Positions 38,185 to 46,541 of a stretch of 64,000 nucleotides of DNA are shown piece after piece (the first letter of the stretch is position 1; the number at the start of each line of letters is the position of its first letter). The notes beneath the pieces were generated by a model. The model worked only from the letters and a program-made list of their open reading frames with translations, was not told where the DNA came from and ran no database searches. Location of the stretch: IMG/VR virus record IMGVR_UViG_3300012931_000759, positions 276,393 to 340,392 of that record. One strand, 5' to 3'. Both the position numbers and the translations under genes were made by a program.

Positions 38185-41100
38185 ATGCCGATGATCTACT
38201 TGGTGGATGACATCGAATCCACTATCAAGAGAATGTTATCTGACGAGGAGCTGAGGGGTCTTGGTCTCAACAAGATCAAAGTGCGCCGAACCCTATCCTC
38301 GTTTAGGGGTGACGAGATTGCCGCTTCCGTTTTTCTCAAGAAATACGCCCTGCGTGATGCTGATGACGAGGTAGCCGAGCTGACCTTGGAGGAGGCCAAG
38401 GATCGGTGGGCGGTTGCCATCGCCAAGGGGGAGGAGCTGTTCTCTGGCGAGCGCAAGGAGGCTCCGTACTTCCGTGAACTGTATGAGCATTTCCTACCGG
38501 CTGGCCGCCAGATGTTTGCTTTGGGTAACAGCCAGATGAGAAACGTAACGTTCACGAATTGTCTGTCTGGCAGCACATTTGTGCCAACGGACGCAGGTTT
38601 ACGGAAATTGGATGCGCTGTCCAAGACAAAGGTGCGCCTGAACGGCAAAAGCTATATGGCCAAGGTTTGGCGCACGGGATCCAAGCTCGTTAGACGGTTG
38701 GATACTGTTGAAGGGTATTTTGCCCTGCCGACTGGCGACCATCGGTTCCAATTAGTCGATGGATCTTGGCGTTCTGTGGACAAACTCCAGCCCGGTGACC
38801 GCATTGTGTTGGGACATGATAGTAGGCCTTTTGGTCCTTCTAATGAACATGAAGAATTGAGAGGTTTTGCGGCTGGCCTATTTGTTGGAGTTGGTACATT
38901 TGCCGGTGAAGGTTTCCAGGTCGCAAATGTGCGTCTGTTCGGGAAGAATTCAAGATTCTTGGTGGAAAAGATTGCCAGTTTGTATGGTGGCAGTCCTCTC
39001 TCTCATGCTGAACATATATCCTATAACAGTACAGCATGGGCGCGCGATATGTTCGAAAGTACAGGCATCCAGCACGGCAATAAAACGATCACTGATCGTC
39101 TCATGTCCCAATCATGGTCGTTCCTGCGTGGTTTTTTGCGAGGACTGTTTGATGCCAATGGATGTGTTATTGATAGCCAAAAAAACCACCAGCGGCAGAT
39201 CGTGCTGGTCCAATCGGATCGCGACATGCTATGTCGGGTACAGATCCTCTTGTTGGCGTTTGGTATTCGTTCGGTCATATACAAGGGAGAATTTCCCAAG
39301 GGTGTTTTTCAGTGTCGACAAGGATGGTCTTTACACATTAGTAGACGTTCGTTCGAGACATTTGCCGAGTTCATAGGATTTGCGCATCCAAGCAAGGCGG
39401 CAAAGATGCGCACTGCGTTGAACCGTGCGCCTTTTAAGCCGGACATTTGGTATGCTCGTGTCAAAAGCGTAACGAATTTTCAACGCATGGATGTGTACGA
39501 TATGAGTGTTTTTGGTATACATGCGTTTCCGGCAAACGGTTTGGTTGCCCATAACTGCTATGTTACCCAGATCGAGGATGACAGTATTGAGGGCATCTAT
39601 GGCGCGGCCCAGAAACTGGCCAAAACATACTCGTACGGCGGCGGCATCGGACTGTGCGTGGGTGAATTGCGCCCTGCGGGCGCGCGTGTGTCGAACAGTG
39701 CGCGCCAGTCGACCGGCTCCGTCAGCTTCATGGAGCTGTTCTCGCTGACGACGGGCCTGATTGGCCAAGCGGGGCGCCGTGGCGCCCTAATGATTACCAT
39801 GCCAGTATCCCATCCAGACGCAGAAGAGTTCATCGAGGTCAAACACGGGAACACTGACAAGGTTAAGTACGCGAACATTAGTCTGAAACTGACCGACGAG
39901 TTCATGCAGGCCGTCGTCGAGGACAGGATGTTCCGGCAGACCTACACCACGAAGCATGAGACGGTGTGGCGCGAAGTGCGCGCCCGTGACCTATGGCAGA
40001 AAATCATCCAGAGCGCCCGTGACTCGGCAGAGCCCGGCCTGATGTTCTGGGATCGCATGGTGACCATGTCGCCCTCGGAAATTTACCCGAGATTACAAGT
40101 CCATAGTACTAATCCTTGTGTGACGGGAGATACTTTAGTTGCGACGCCTTCTGGCTGGAAAAGGGCCGATTTATTCCAAAAAGGCGATCATATTTCTACT
40201 GTGTGTGGTTTCGGTTTGGTCGAAAGAGTAGAAACACATCATAATGTACCGGTCTACAAAGTAGAATTTTCAGACGGAACGATATTGAAAGTAACTGCTG
40301 CCCATCAGTTCCATGTGGCAAAAAAGGATACAAAAACAGAAAAATATCCAAGGAAATATACTCCTACCAGGCTAGATCAAATGGAAGTTGGGGATTTTGT
40401 AAGGGCTTCTGGTTTCGAATGTCCAGATCTGCCAGAAGGCCAATTAAAAGATTTTTGTGACGCTTTTTTGGCTGGTGTGTTGTTGGGAGACGGATGTTAC
40501 ACTCCAAAAATGACAGCTAGTAAAGTGGTAAAGATTGCATCTGATATCAGAGACAATAAATGGAACGAGCTACTAAAGAGCAAATTTGGAGAACGTGGTG
40601 TGATATTATCTTGCTACGGGGCGACAGATGGGTCATGTTCTTGTAGTCTTACCTCGCAGAATGGCGACTTGGTGAGCTTGGTGGACGAATTTGGTCTGGT
40701 TCACACATATTCTTATCATAAGCGTATTCCTGATCATTTGTGTTTTGGAAACAAAGAACAAATGCGAGGTGTTCTAGATGGTCTTTTCTCCACTGATGGA
40801 AATGTGAATCTTAGCGGAGACTCTCCACAGATAAGGTTGAAATCCACATCACGGTTTATGTTGGCCCAAGTTAAGAGAATGCTTCTGATGTTTGGCATAT
40901 TCTCGTCATTGGGGAATGTCGGTAAAACTTCAATAATACTTGGGCGAAAAGTAAAATCACGAGACCGATACGAATTGGTTGTGAGCGGGCAAAGTGTCGA
41001 TTTTTTCATCAGACGTATAGGGATCTCTCATCCAGCAAAGAAGGCGTTATGCCAAGATTTGCTTTTGAATTGGGCTTTGACTGGTAACACTTGGAGAGTA

Positions 41101-42591
41101 AAACTGAAATCGGTTGAGTTCATGGGATGCGAAACGGTCTATGATATCTATGAACCATCCACCGATACATGGATTACGGATGGAATTGTTTCGCGCGGTT
41201 GTGGAGAGCAGATCCTGGAGAAAGGCGGCGCCTGCGTGCTGGGCTCGCTGTTGCTCCACACCTTCGTGGTCGACCCGTTCACGCCACAGGCGCGATTTGA
41301 CTTCGACTGCTTCAAGCAGATGACCAGGCGAGCCGTCAGGCACCTGGATAACGTGGTCGAGCTGAACTTTGGTCGGCATGCCCTCGAAGAGCAGGAGGAG
41401 GCGGCCCAGCTCGGACGCCGAATTGGCCTTGGAGTGACTGGCCTCGCCGATACACTTGCGGCCCTTGGCATCAAGTACGACTCTGAAGAGGCACTTAAGG
41501 CGGTCGACCAGGTTATGTCGGCCAAAAAAGACGCCGAATACCGTGCTTCAATCGACCTGGCTATGGTACGCGGGCCTTTCAGGATGTTTGATCCCAAGGC
41601 ACACTATGAGCAGGGTTTCTGCGCCACGTTGCCGGAGGAGATCAAGGCGTTGGGACGCGAGCGTGGCCAGAGGAACGTTGCCATCTCGACCGTCGCTCCG
41701 GCCGGTAGTCTGAGTGTGATAGCCCAATGCTCAAGCGGTATCGAGCCCGTTTTCGCGCTTCGCTACAAACGATATGTCGAACTGGGCTCGGAACGAAAGG
41801 AGTTCTCCATCCGCCACCAAGGTTTGTCGCGCATGGCTGCAGTTCTGGGTAGCGAGACGGCACCGTGGTGCTGGGTCACGGCCCATAGTATCGACCACCG
41901 ATTCAGGGTGGCTATGCAGGGCGTCATCCAGAGGCATACTGATGCCTCGATCTCGAGTACCATCAACCTACCTAAGGATGCCATGGCCGAGACCGTCGGC
42001 GAAATCTACATGGACGCCTGGAAGGCGGGACTGAAGGGAATTACGGTGTACCGTGAGGGCGCGCGAGAGGGTATACTTGTAACAGAGGAGTTTGCCCGGC
42101 AGGCTGGATCCCCGATGGACACCATTATCTACGAGGCGAGAGCGGAGGCGGGGGACAAGTTCTATATTCCGATCTCCTACACTGGAGGTGATGTAAGGAA
42201 GCCTTACCAGGTGTTCCTGATCAACTACAAAACCTCTGAGAATGACCGGTTTGCCAAAATGGGCAACGATTTGGTGCGTATGCTGCGCGAGAAAGGCGTA
42301 GAGGACGCTGACCCGAAGCGTTTCCAGAAGTACCTGGATCGGAGCACGACACAGCTGGGGAAGATTACAAGATTCCTGTCCCTCTCCATGAAAACGGGCC
42401 ATTTTGAGGAGGCAGTCGAGATTCTTGGCGAGCATGGCACGGTTGGAACGCTAGCTGCCGAGCTATACAAGATTCTTCGCATAAGTCTCGCAAACGCGAA
42501 GGTTTTGTGCCCCAACTGCGGTAGCTCGAACGTCAGGATGGAGGAGGGATGTCGGCATTGCCTGGATTGTAGTTGGTCGGGTTGCGGATAG
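38185..42591 (+). CDS. nrdJ: Class II (adenosylcobalamin-dependent) ribonucleotide reductase with two inteins
   Basis: FLPAGR, N|CYV, GGGIG, GRRGALM, AEPG, TNP|CGEQ, RRIGLGVTG, VAPAGS, GLKGITVYREG, C-terminal CPNC...EEGC..C..C. Confidence 0.93.
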   Translation: MPMIYLVDDIESTIKRMLSDEELRGLGLNKIKVRRTLSSFRGDEIAASVFLKKYALRDADDEVAELTLEEAKDRWAVAIAKGEELFSGERKEAPYFRELYEHFLPAGRQMFALGNSQMRNVTFTNCLSGSTFVPTDAGLRKLDALSKTKVRLNGKSYMAKVWRTGSKLVRRLDTVEGYFALPTGDHRFQLVDGSWRSVDKLQPGDRIVLGHDSRPFGPSNEHEELRGFAAGLFVGVGTFAGEGFQVANVRLFGKNSRFLVEKIASLYGGSPLSHAEHISYNSTAWARDMFESTGIQHGNKTITDRLMSQSWSFLRGFLRGLFDANGCVIDSQKNHQRQIVLVQSDRDMLCRVQILLLAFGIRSVIYKGEFPKGVFQCRQGWSLHISRRSFETFAEFIGFAHPSKAAKMRTALNRAPFKPDIWYARVKSVTNFQRMDVYDMSVFGIHAFPANGLVAHNCYVTQIEDDSIEGIYGAAQKLAKTYSYGGGIGLCVGELRPAGARVSNSARQSTGSVSFMELFSLTTGLIGQAGRRGALMITMPVSHPDAEEFIEVKHGNTDKVKYANISLKLTDEFMQAVVEDRMFRQTYTTKHETVWREVRARDLWQKIIQSARDSAEPGLMFWDRMVTMSPSEIYPRLQVHSTNPCVTGDTLVATPSGWKRADLFQKGDHISTVCGFGLVERVETHHNVPVYKVEFSDGTILKVTAAHQFHVAKKDTKTEKYPRKYTPTRLDQMEVGDFVRASGFECPDLPEGQLKDFCDAFLAGVLLGDGCYTPKMTASKVVKIASDIRDNKWNELLKSKFGERGVILSCYGATDGSCSCSLTSQNGDLVSLVDEFGLVHTYSYHKRIPDHLCFGNKEQMRGVLDGLFSTDGNVNLSGDSPQIRLKSTSRFMLAQVKRMLLMFGIFSSLGNVGKTSIILGRKVKSRDRYELVVSGQSVDFFIRRIGISHPAKKALCQDLLLNWALTGNTWRVKLKSVEFMGCETVYDIYEPSTDTWITDGIVSRGCGEQILEKGGACVLGSLLLHTFVVDPFTPQARFDFDCFKQMTRRAVRHLDNVVELNFGRHALEEQEEAAQLGRRIGLGVTGLADTLAALGIKYDSEEALKAVDQVMSAKKDAEYRASIDLAMVRGPFRMFDPKAHYEQGFCATLPEEIKALGRERGQRNVAISTVAPAGSLSVIAQCSSGIEPVFALRYKRYVELGSERKEFSIRHQGLSRMAAVLGSETAPWCWVTAHSIDHRFRVAMQGVIQRHTDASISSTINLPKDAMAETVGEIYMDAWKAGLKGITVYREGAREGILVTEEFARQAGSPMDTIIYEARAEAGDKFYIPISYTGGDVRKPYQVFLINYKTSENDRFAKMGNDLVRMLREKGVEDADPKRFQKYLDRSTTQLGKITRFLSLSMKTGHFEEAVEILGEHGTVGTLAAELYKILRISLANAKVLCPNCGSSNVRMEEGCRHCLDCSWSGCG
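38560..39555 (+). mobile_element. Intein 1 in nrdJ (Cys1...His-Asn, +1 Cys) with degenerate LAGLIDADG
   Basis: CLSGST, TGDHRF, GLFVGVG and GLFDANG, VYDMSV..HAFPANGLVAHN. Confidence 0.92.
40117..41199 (+). mobile_element. Intein 2 in nrdJ with non-canonical C-terminus (...IVSRG|C) and intact-looking LAGLIDADG
   Basis: CVTGDTLV, VTAAHQF, GVLLGDG, GLFSTDG, VYDIYEPSTDTWITDGIVSRG; removal restores STNP-CGEQ; AT-rich. Confidence 0.88.
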
Positions 42592-42602
42592 CAGGTTCTC
42601 TC

Positions 42603-42869
42603 ATGAATATTCCCGTGATCGAACTCTTGGCACACATCTGTCTCAACAGGGAGGAAGCGGACTCCGAGCTTCCGCGCGCCTTCCGGAAAGTGGTGAAGCA
42701 GGGCCTCCGCAGGATGTTTGAGCCTATCCTTGGTTCGCAGGTCGGATATGCCATCGAGCATCTAATTGTGGCCGCAAAGGCCTTTGATCTGGTCAGAGAG
42801 GACGGCGAATATCTGATTGCCGTCATCAAACCGAAAGAGAGCCACATATGTCCGACGGAGCGAAACTGA
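42603..42869 (+). CDS. Hypothetical protein
   Basis: ORF fills the gap after nrdJ. Confidence 0.5.
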   Translation: MNIPVIELLAHICLNREEADSELPRAFRKVVKQGLRRMFEPILGSQVGYAIEHLIVAAKAFDLVREDGEYLIAVIKPKESHICPTERN

Positions 42870-42870
42870 A

Positions 42871-43239
42871 ATGACCACCATCCTGGCGGATGTCGGCGAC
42901 GAGCGGCAGGCCATCGACGAGGAGCGGCAGGCCTGGTTGCGGCGCGTGCTGGTTGCCCTCGGAGCCGACGAGGCGACCATTTCCGAGAACACGCTGGAGG
43001 CCAAGCGCCACGTCTCCAGCCTTGGCCTGGATGTAGAGGGGCATCCTGACGGATCCATCGATATTGCTCGCCTGGAGATCTCAGTTATTGCCAGCGAGGA
43101 CAAAGAGGTTCCGATCGAGACGGGACGCCAGCTGGTGGCCCAATGGCTGCCGCCGAAGCTGCTGCGCGTCAAGGACAGGCCGAGGGATTATTACCGGATC
43201 ACACTGTGTGAATGGGCTCTGCCTTTCCAGATGAAATAG
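42871..43239 (+). CDS. Hypothetical protein
   Basis: Abuts the previous stop; typical codon usage. Confidence 0.6.
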   Translation: MTTILADVGDERQAIDEERQAWLRRVLVALGADEATISENTLEAKRHVSSLGLDVEGHPDGSIDIARLEISVIASEDKEVPIETGRQLVAQWLPPKLLRVKDRPRDYYRITLCEWALPFQMK

Positions 43240-43249
43240 GAGGAGAAAG

Positions 43250-43708
43250 GTGTCTTTTTACGTCAAGAACAAGAAAGGTGATTTTGTTCCCGTAAAGGTT
43301 GAGCAGGTCCTGTCAAAAGATTGGGCTGGCAAGTTGATCATGGTCCGGATCGGCAGCGACGAGCACCCAGCGGATGAGCAGGAGCTGATCGATGTGAATG
43401 ACAGCCTCGACACGGCCACCGTGATCGAAATGCTGCCGGATACCAGCTTCCTCATCACTTCATTCGCCATTCAGTTCGACGTCGTCGGCAGTCTGGAGGA
43501 GCTGAGAAAACAGTACGTGGCCGTGCGGGTTACTGGTGATGACGATCTGTCCAAACTTGGGGGTCTCCAAAAGCACGCTAGGGAGAAACTGAAGGGAAAG
43601 GCCAAGAAAGTCGCCGTACTTCCGACGCCCTTGACCGTGGATGACTATCATGAAGTGATGAAAATCAAAGAACGATGCGATTTGCGCAGATCGCGCCGGG
43701 GGAGATGA
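43250..43708 (+). CDS. Hypothetical protein
   Basis: AGGAGGAG RBS before a GTG start. Confidence 0.65.
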   Translation: MSFYVKNKKGDFVPVKVEQVLSKDWAGKLIMVRIGSDEHPADEQELIDVNDSLDTATVIEMLPDTSFLITSFAIQFDVVGSLEELRKQYVAVRVTGDDDLSKLGGLQKHAREKLKGKAKKVAVLPTPLTVDDYHEVMKIKERCDLRRSRRGR

Positions 43709-43719
43709 TCGGCAAAACC

Positions 43720-43736
43720 TACCAATATCGAAGCAT
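43720..43736 (+). promoter_or_regulatory. Recurring motif, copy 2 (TACCAATA-TCGAA-GCAT)
   Basis: Intergenic, upstream of phoH. Confidence 0.5.
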
Positions 43737-43793
43737 TACATTGAAAGCAACCGCACCAGCGCTCGGCATCGGCCGAAGGAGGGTTTCGCCACC

Positions 43794-45080
43794 TTGACGA
43801 AACGATTCCTGATAGACACCAATGTTATTCTACATGACCCGAAAAGTATTGAAGTTTTCGCAGACAATGAAGTAATCATCCCCATTCCGGTGTTGGATGA
43901 ACTCGACCAGATCAAGGTCCGCCCTGATGAAAAGGGGCGGAATGCCCGGTCGGTCATCCGTCGTCTGGACGAGCTGCGCTCCCTCGGCTCCTTGAATGCC
44001 GGAGTGCGGCTCCCGTCCGGTTCCCTTATTCGCGTGGAGTTAAACCACCGCGCGCTTCCGCAGCCCCTCATCGACAGTGTTGACAACCGCCTGATTGGTA
44101 CAGCTCTAGGCCTGATACAAGAGAAGCCCGACGTGCCCCTTATCGTGGTGACCAAGGATATCAACCTGCGGGTAAAATGCGACGCTCTCGGCATCATTGC
44201 CCAGGACTATGAGCGCGACAAACTCGCCAAGATGCCGGATGCCCTTTACACCGGGTTCCGGACCCTCGATGTCCCCTCGTCTATCATCGACGAGCTGTAT
44301 GTCAAGAAAGTTGTGAATATCGAACTGCCCGACGCGCACATCAACGAGTTTGTGCTTCTACAGTCCGTTGACCGCGAGAAACACAGCGGCATTGGGCGCG
44401 TGGTCGTCCCCAACTGCCTGGTTCTCGTCACGCCGCCCAACGAGGCGTGGGGCATTAAGCCCCGCAACCTTGAGCAGAAGCTGGCGCTCTCGCTTCTCAT
44501 GGATCCCGAGATAAAGCTGGTAACCCTCGTGGGCCGCGCGGGATCAGGAAAGACCCTCATGGCTGTCGCTGCTGCGCTCCACCAGACCGTGGAGCGGAAG
44601 CTATTCCAGCGGGCGCTGCTGTCCCGACCAGTTCAGCCGCTTGGACGCGATATTGGATTCCTGCCCGGTACGGTCGAGGAAAAGCTCGCCCCCTGGCTGG
44701 CCGCCCTAAACGACAGCCTCGAACTCCTGTTTGCCAAGGATATGGAGATGCTGGAAATATACAAGCGACAGGGTATCCTACAGGTTGAGCCTCTCACATA
44801 CATCAGGGGACGCAGCATCCCCAACTCCTTTATGATCGTGGATGAAGCCCAGAATCTCACCCTCCATGAACTCAAGACTATCGTTACCCGCATCGGTGAG
44901 GGAAGCAAAATCATCCTGACGGGGGACCTTGAACAAATCGATAATCCTTTCGTGGACTTCGCCAGCAACGGACTCACCAACGCCATCGAGCGTCTCAAGG
45001 ACAAGGCCATCACAGGTCATGTCACTCTCCGCAAGTGTGAACGTTCCGAACTCGCCGAACTCGCCGCCGAAGTGCTCTGA
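43794..45080 (+). CDS. phoH: PhoH-family ATPase with N-terminal PIN domain (PhoH2/YlaK-like)
   Basis: IDTNVILHDP, VTKDINLRVK, GRAGSGKT, GFLPG..EKL.PW, YIRGRS, DEAQN, GDLEQID; GGAGG RBS and TTG start. Confidence 0.93.
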   Translation: MTKRFLIDTNVILHDPKSIEVFADNEVIIPIPVLDELDQIKVRPDEKGRNARSVIRRLDELRSLGSLNAGVRLPSGSLIRVELNHRALPQPLIDSVDNRLIGTALGLIQEKPDVPLIVVTKDINLRVKCDALGIIAQDYERDKLAKMPDALYTGFRTLDVPSSIIDELYVKKVVNIELPDAHINEFVLLQSVDREKHSGIGRVVVPNCLVLVTPPNEAWGIKPRNLEQKLALSLLMDPEIKLVTLVGRAGSGKTLMAVAAALHQTVERKLFQRALLSRPVQPLGRDIGFLPGTVEEKLAPWLAALNDSLELLFAKDMEMLEIYKRQGILQVEPLTYIRGRSIPNSFMIVDEAQNLTLHELKTIVTRIGEGSKIILTGDLEQIDNPFVDFASNGLTNAIERLKDKAITGHVTLRKCERSELAELAAEVL

Positions 45081-45093
45081 TTTCATTCTGATA

Positions 45094-45110
45094 TATCAAT
45101 AATCTCACAT
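45094..45110 (+). promoter_or_regulatory. Recurring motif, copy 3 (TATCAATA-ATCTC-ACAT)
   Basis: Intergenic, at the start of the structural-gene block. Confidence 0.5.
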
Positions 45111-45187
45111 TTGTATGGGTTGTGCGGAAGTCTTCTAGGCCTCCGCGTAACCCGTCGCCATATGGCACGATTGGAATCGGAGACGCG

Positions 45188-46456
45188 ATGGCTACCCCCC
45201 CTTTCCTACGGAATGCGTATCCAGCCGATCTTGCAGCAGGCGTGGACACGTCCACATTGGTTTCTGCCGATGTGCTAGACGTAGACCAGGATCTTGTTCC
45301 CTCGAGCATCCTCGTTTACATCGATGGCGCGTTGGCATATGATGGTGCCTCCGGATTTGTCGCGCCGTTTTCCGGGACGGTATCCACAACAACCGTGGAT
45401 GGGTACGATGGCTACCATCTCTCTGTGGCCCGGTCAGTATCCTATTCCAATTCTTCGTGGATCATGGTGCGCGTGGTTGCCAGGGACACGGATGATCTTG
45501 TCCTGGATGAAATCTGGCAATTCTACACAGTTACGGTTCTTGCGGCCTTGCGACAAGGTCCGTACGAGATCTCGTTGGATGCGGAGTTCAGCGGTCCGAT
45601 GATGTTGTCGACCCTACAGGACGCATCGTACTTCTCCCTTGACAGGGCTTATGTACGGGCCTTGGATCCCTTGCCGCCCGGTAGCGCCGCACCCATGGGC
45701 GTGCGGCTTTGGGTGGAGGGTTTTCGTGGCGAACAGCCTTTTACGCTCACCATATCTCCTCTGGTTCGGGATGTTGCGGGCAATGTTCTTCCACCAAGTG
45801 GTCGCGTAGCCACCATTCTTCCGTTTCAGTCCTCGGCTTTCCTCTCCAACACGGATGGGTTTGTGCGTTCTTGGCACGAAAGCCGCCTTATCCTGAAGGA
45901 CGGCCTCCGGGCCTATCTTGCCGACACCCGTGGGATGGATGTGTTCGATATCGAGCACGGCCTCGGCAGGTCGGTGAAGTGGGCGCAGATATTGGACTCG
46001 TACGGGACAAGGGCGGCCTGTATCCTCGGGACGGCCAACTATGCTTTCGAAGATATGGAGCCCCCCTTCCTGGCCAACCGTTCTCCTACTCCAGGGGCCA
46101 CGGGCGTTCCACTAGGGACGAACATTCTGCTTTCAGTGGCCGATCTTGTGACGGCGGTCGAGGTGACGGCTGTGGCTGTCTATGTGAACGGACGGTTGGC
46201 ATTCGGTGGTGCGAGTGACGGTGGATGGGCGAACGGCTACGGCGGGCAGGTTTCAGTCGGCCACCAGATCATCGACATTCGGCTGTATCCTCCTGCGGGA
46301 GGGATTGTGGTTGGCACAAATACAGTGTCGGTCCTGGCCGCCGACCTTGTTGGGAATCTGCTGGATACCAGTTATACATTCACAGTGGGCGCCCCTCCGC
46401 CGACGGCTGGTGGATTCGGCACTGGCGGCTTTGGCACTGCGCCGTTCGGTGAGTAG
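45188..46456 (+). CDS. Putative virion protein with Ig-like repeats; paralog of 54505..56520
   Basis: PPFL.N..P repeats, DGYDGY, C-terminal GGFGTGGFGTAPFG. Confidence 0.6.
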   Translation: MATPPFLRNAYPADLAAGVDTSTLVSADVLDVDQDLVPSSILVYIDGALAYDGASGFVAPFSGTVSTTTVDGYDGYHLSVARSVSYSNSSWIMVRVVARDTDDLVLDEIWQFYTVTVLAALRQGPYEISLDAEFSGPMMLSTLQDASYFSLDRAYVRALDPLPPGSAAPMGVRLWVEGFRGEQPFTLTISPLVRDVAGNVLPPSGRVATILPFQSSAFLSNTDGFVRSWHESRLILKDGLRAYLADTRGMDVFDIEHGLGRSVKWAQILDSYGTRAACILGTANYAFEDMEPPFLANRSPTPGATGVPLGTNILLSVADLVTAVEVTAVAVYVNGRLAFGGASDGGWANGYGGQVSVGHQIIDIRLYPPAGGIVVGTNTVSVLAADLVGNLLDTSYTFTVGAPPPTAGGFGTGGFGTAPFGE

Positions 46457-46468
46457 GTAGCAAAAATC

Positions 46469-46485
46469 TGTCAATAATTCCGCAT
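46469..46485 (+). promoter_or_regulatory. Recurring motif, copy 4 (TGTCAATA-ATTCC-GCAT)
   Basis: Intergenic; CAAAAATCTGTCAATA matches the copy at 1031 in 15 of 16 nt. Confidence 0.55.
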
Positions 46486-46541
46486 CAGATGGGGATATAC
46501 GGTTCCGGATCGACCGGAAACGATTCCGTCAGGAGGCATAG

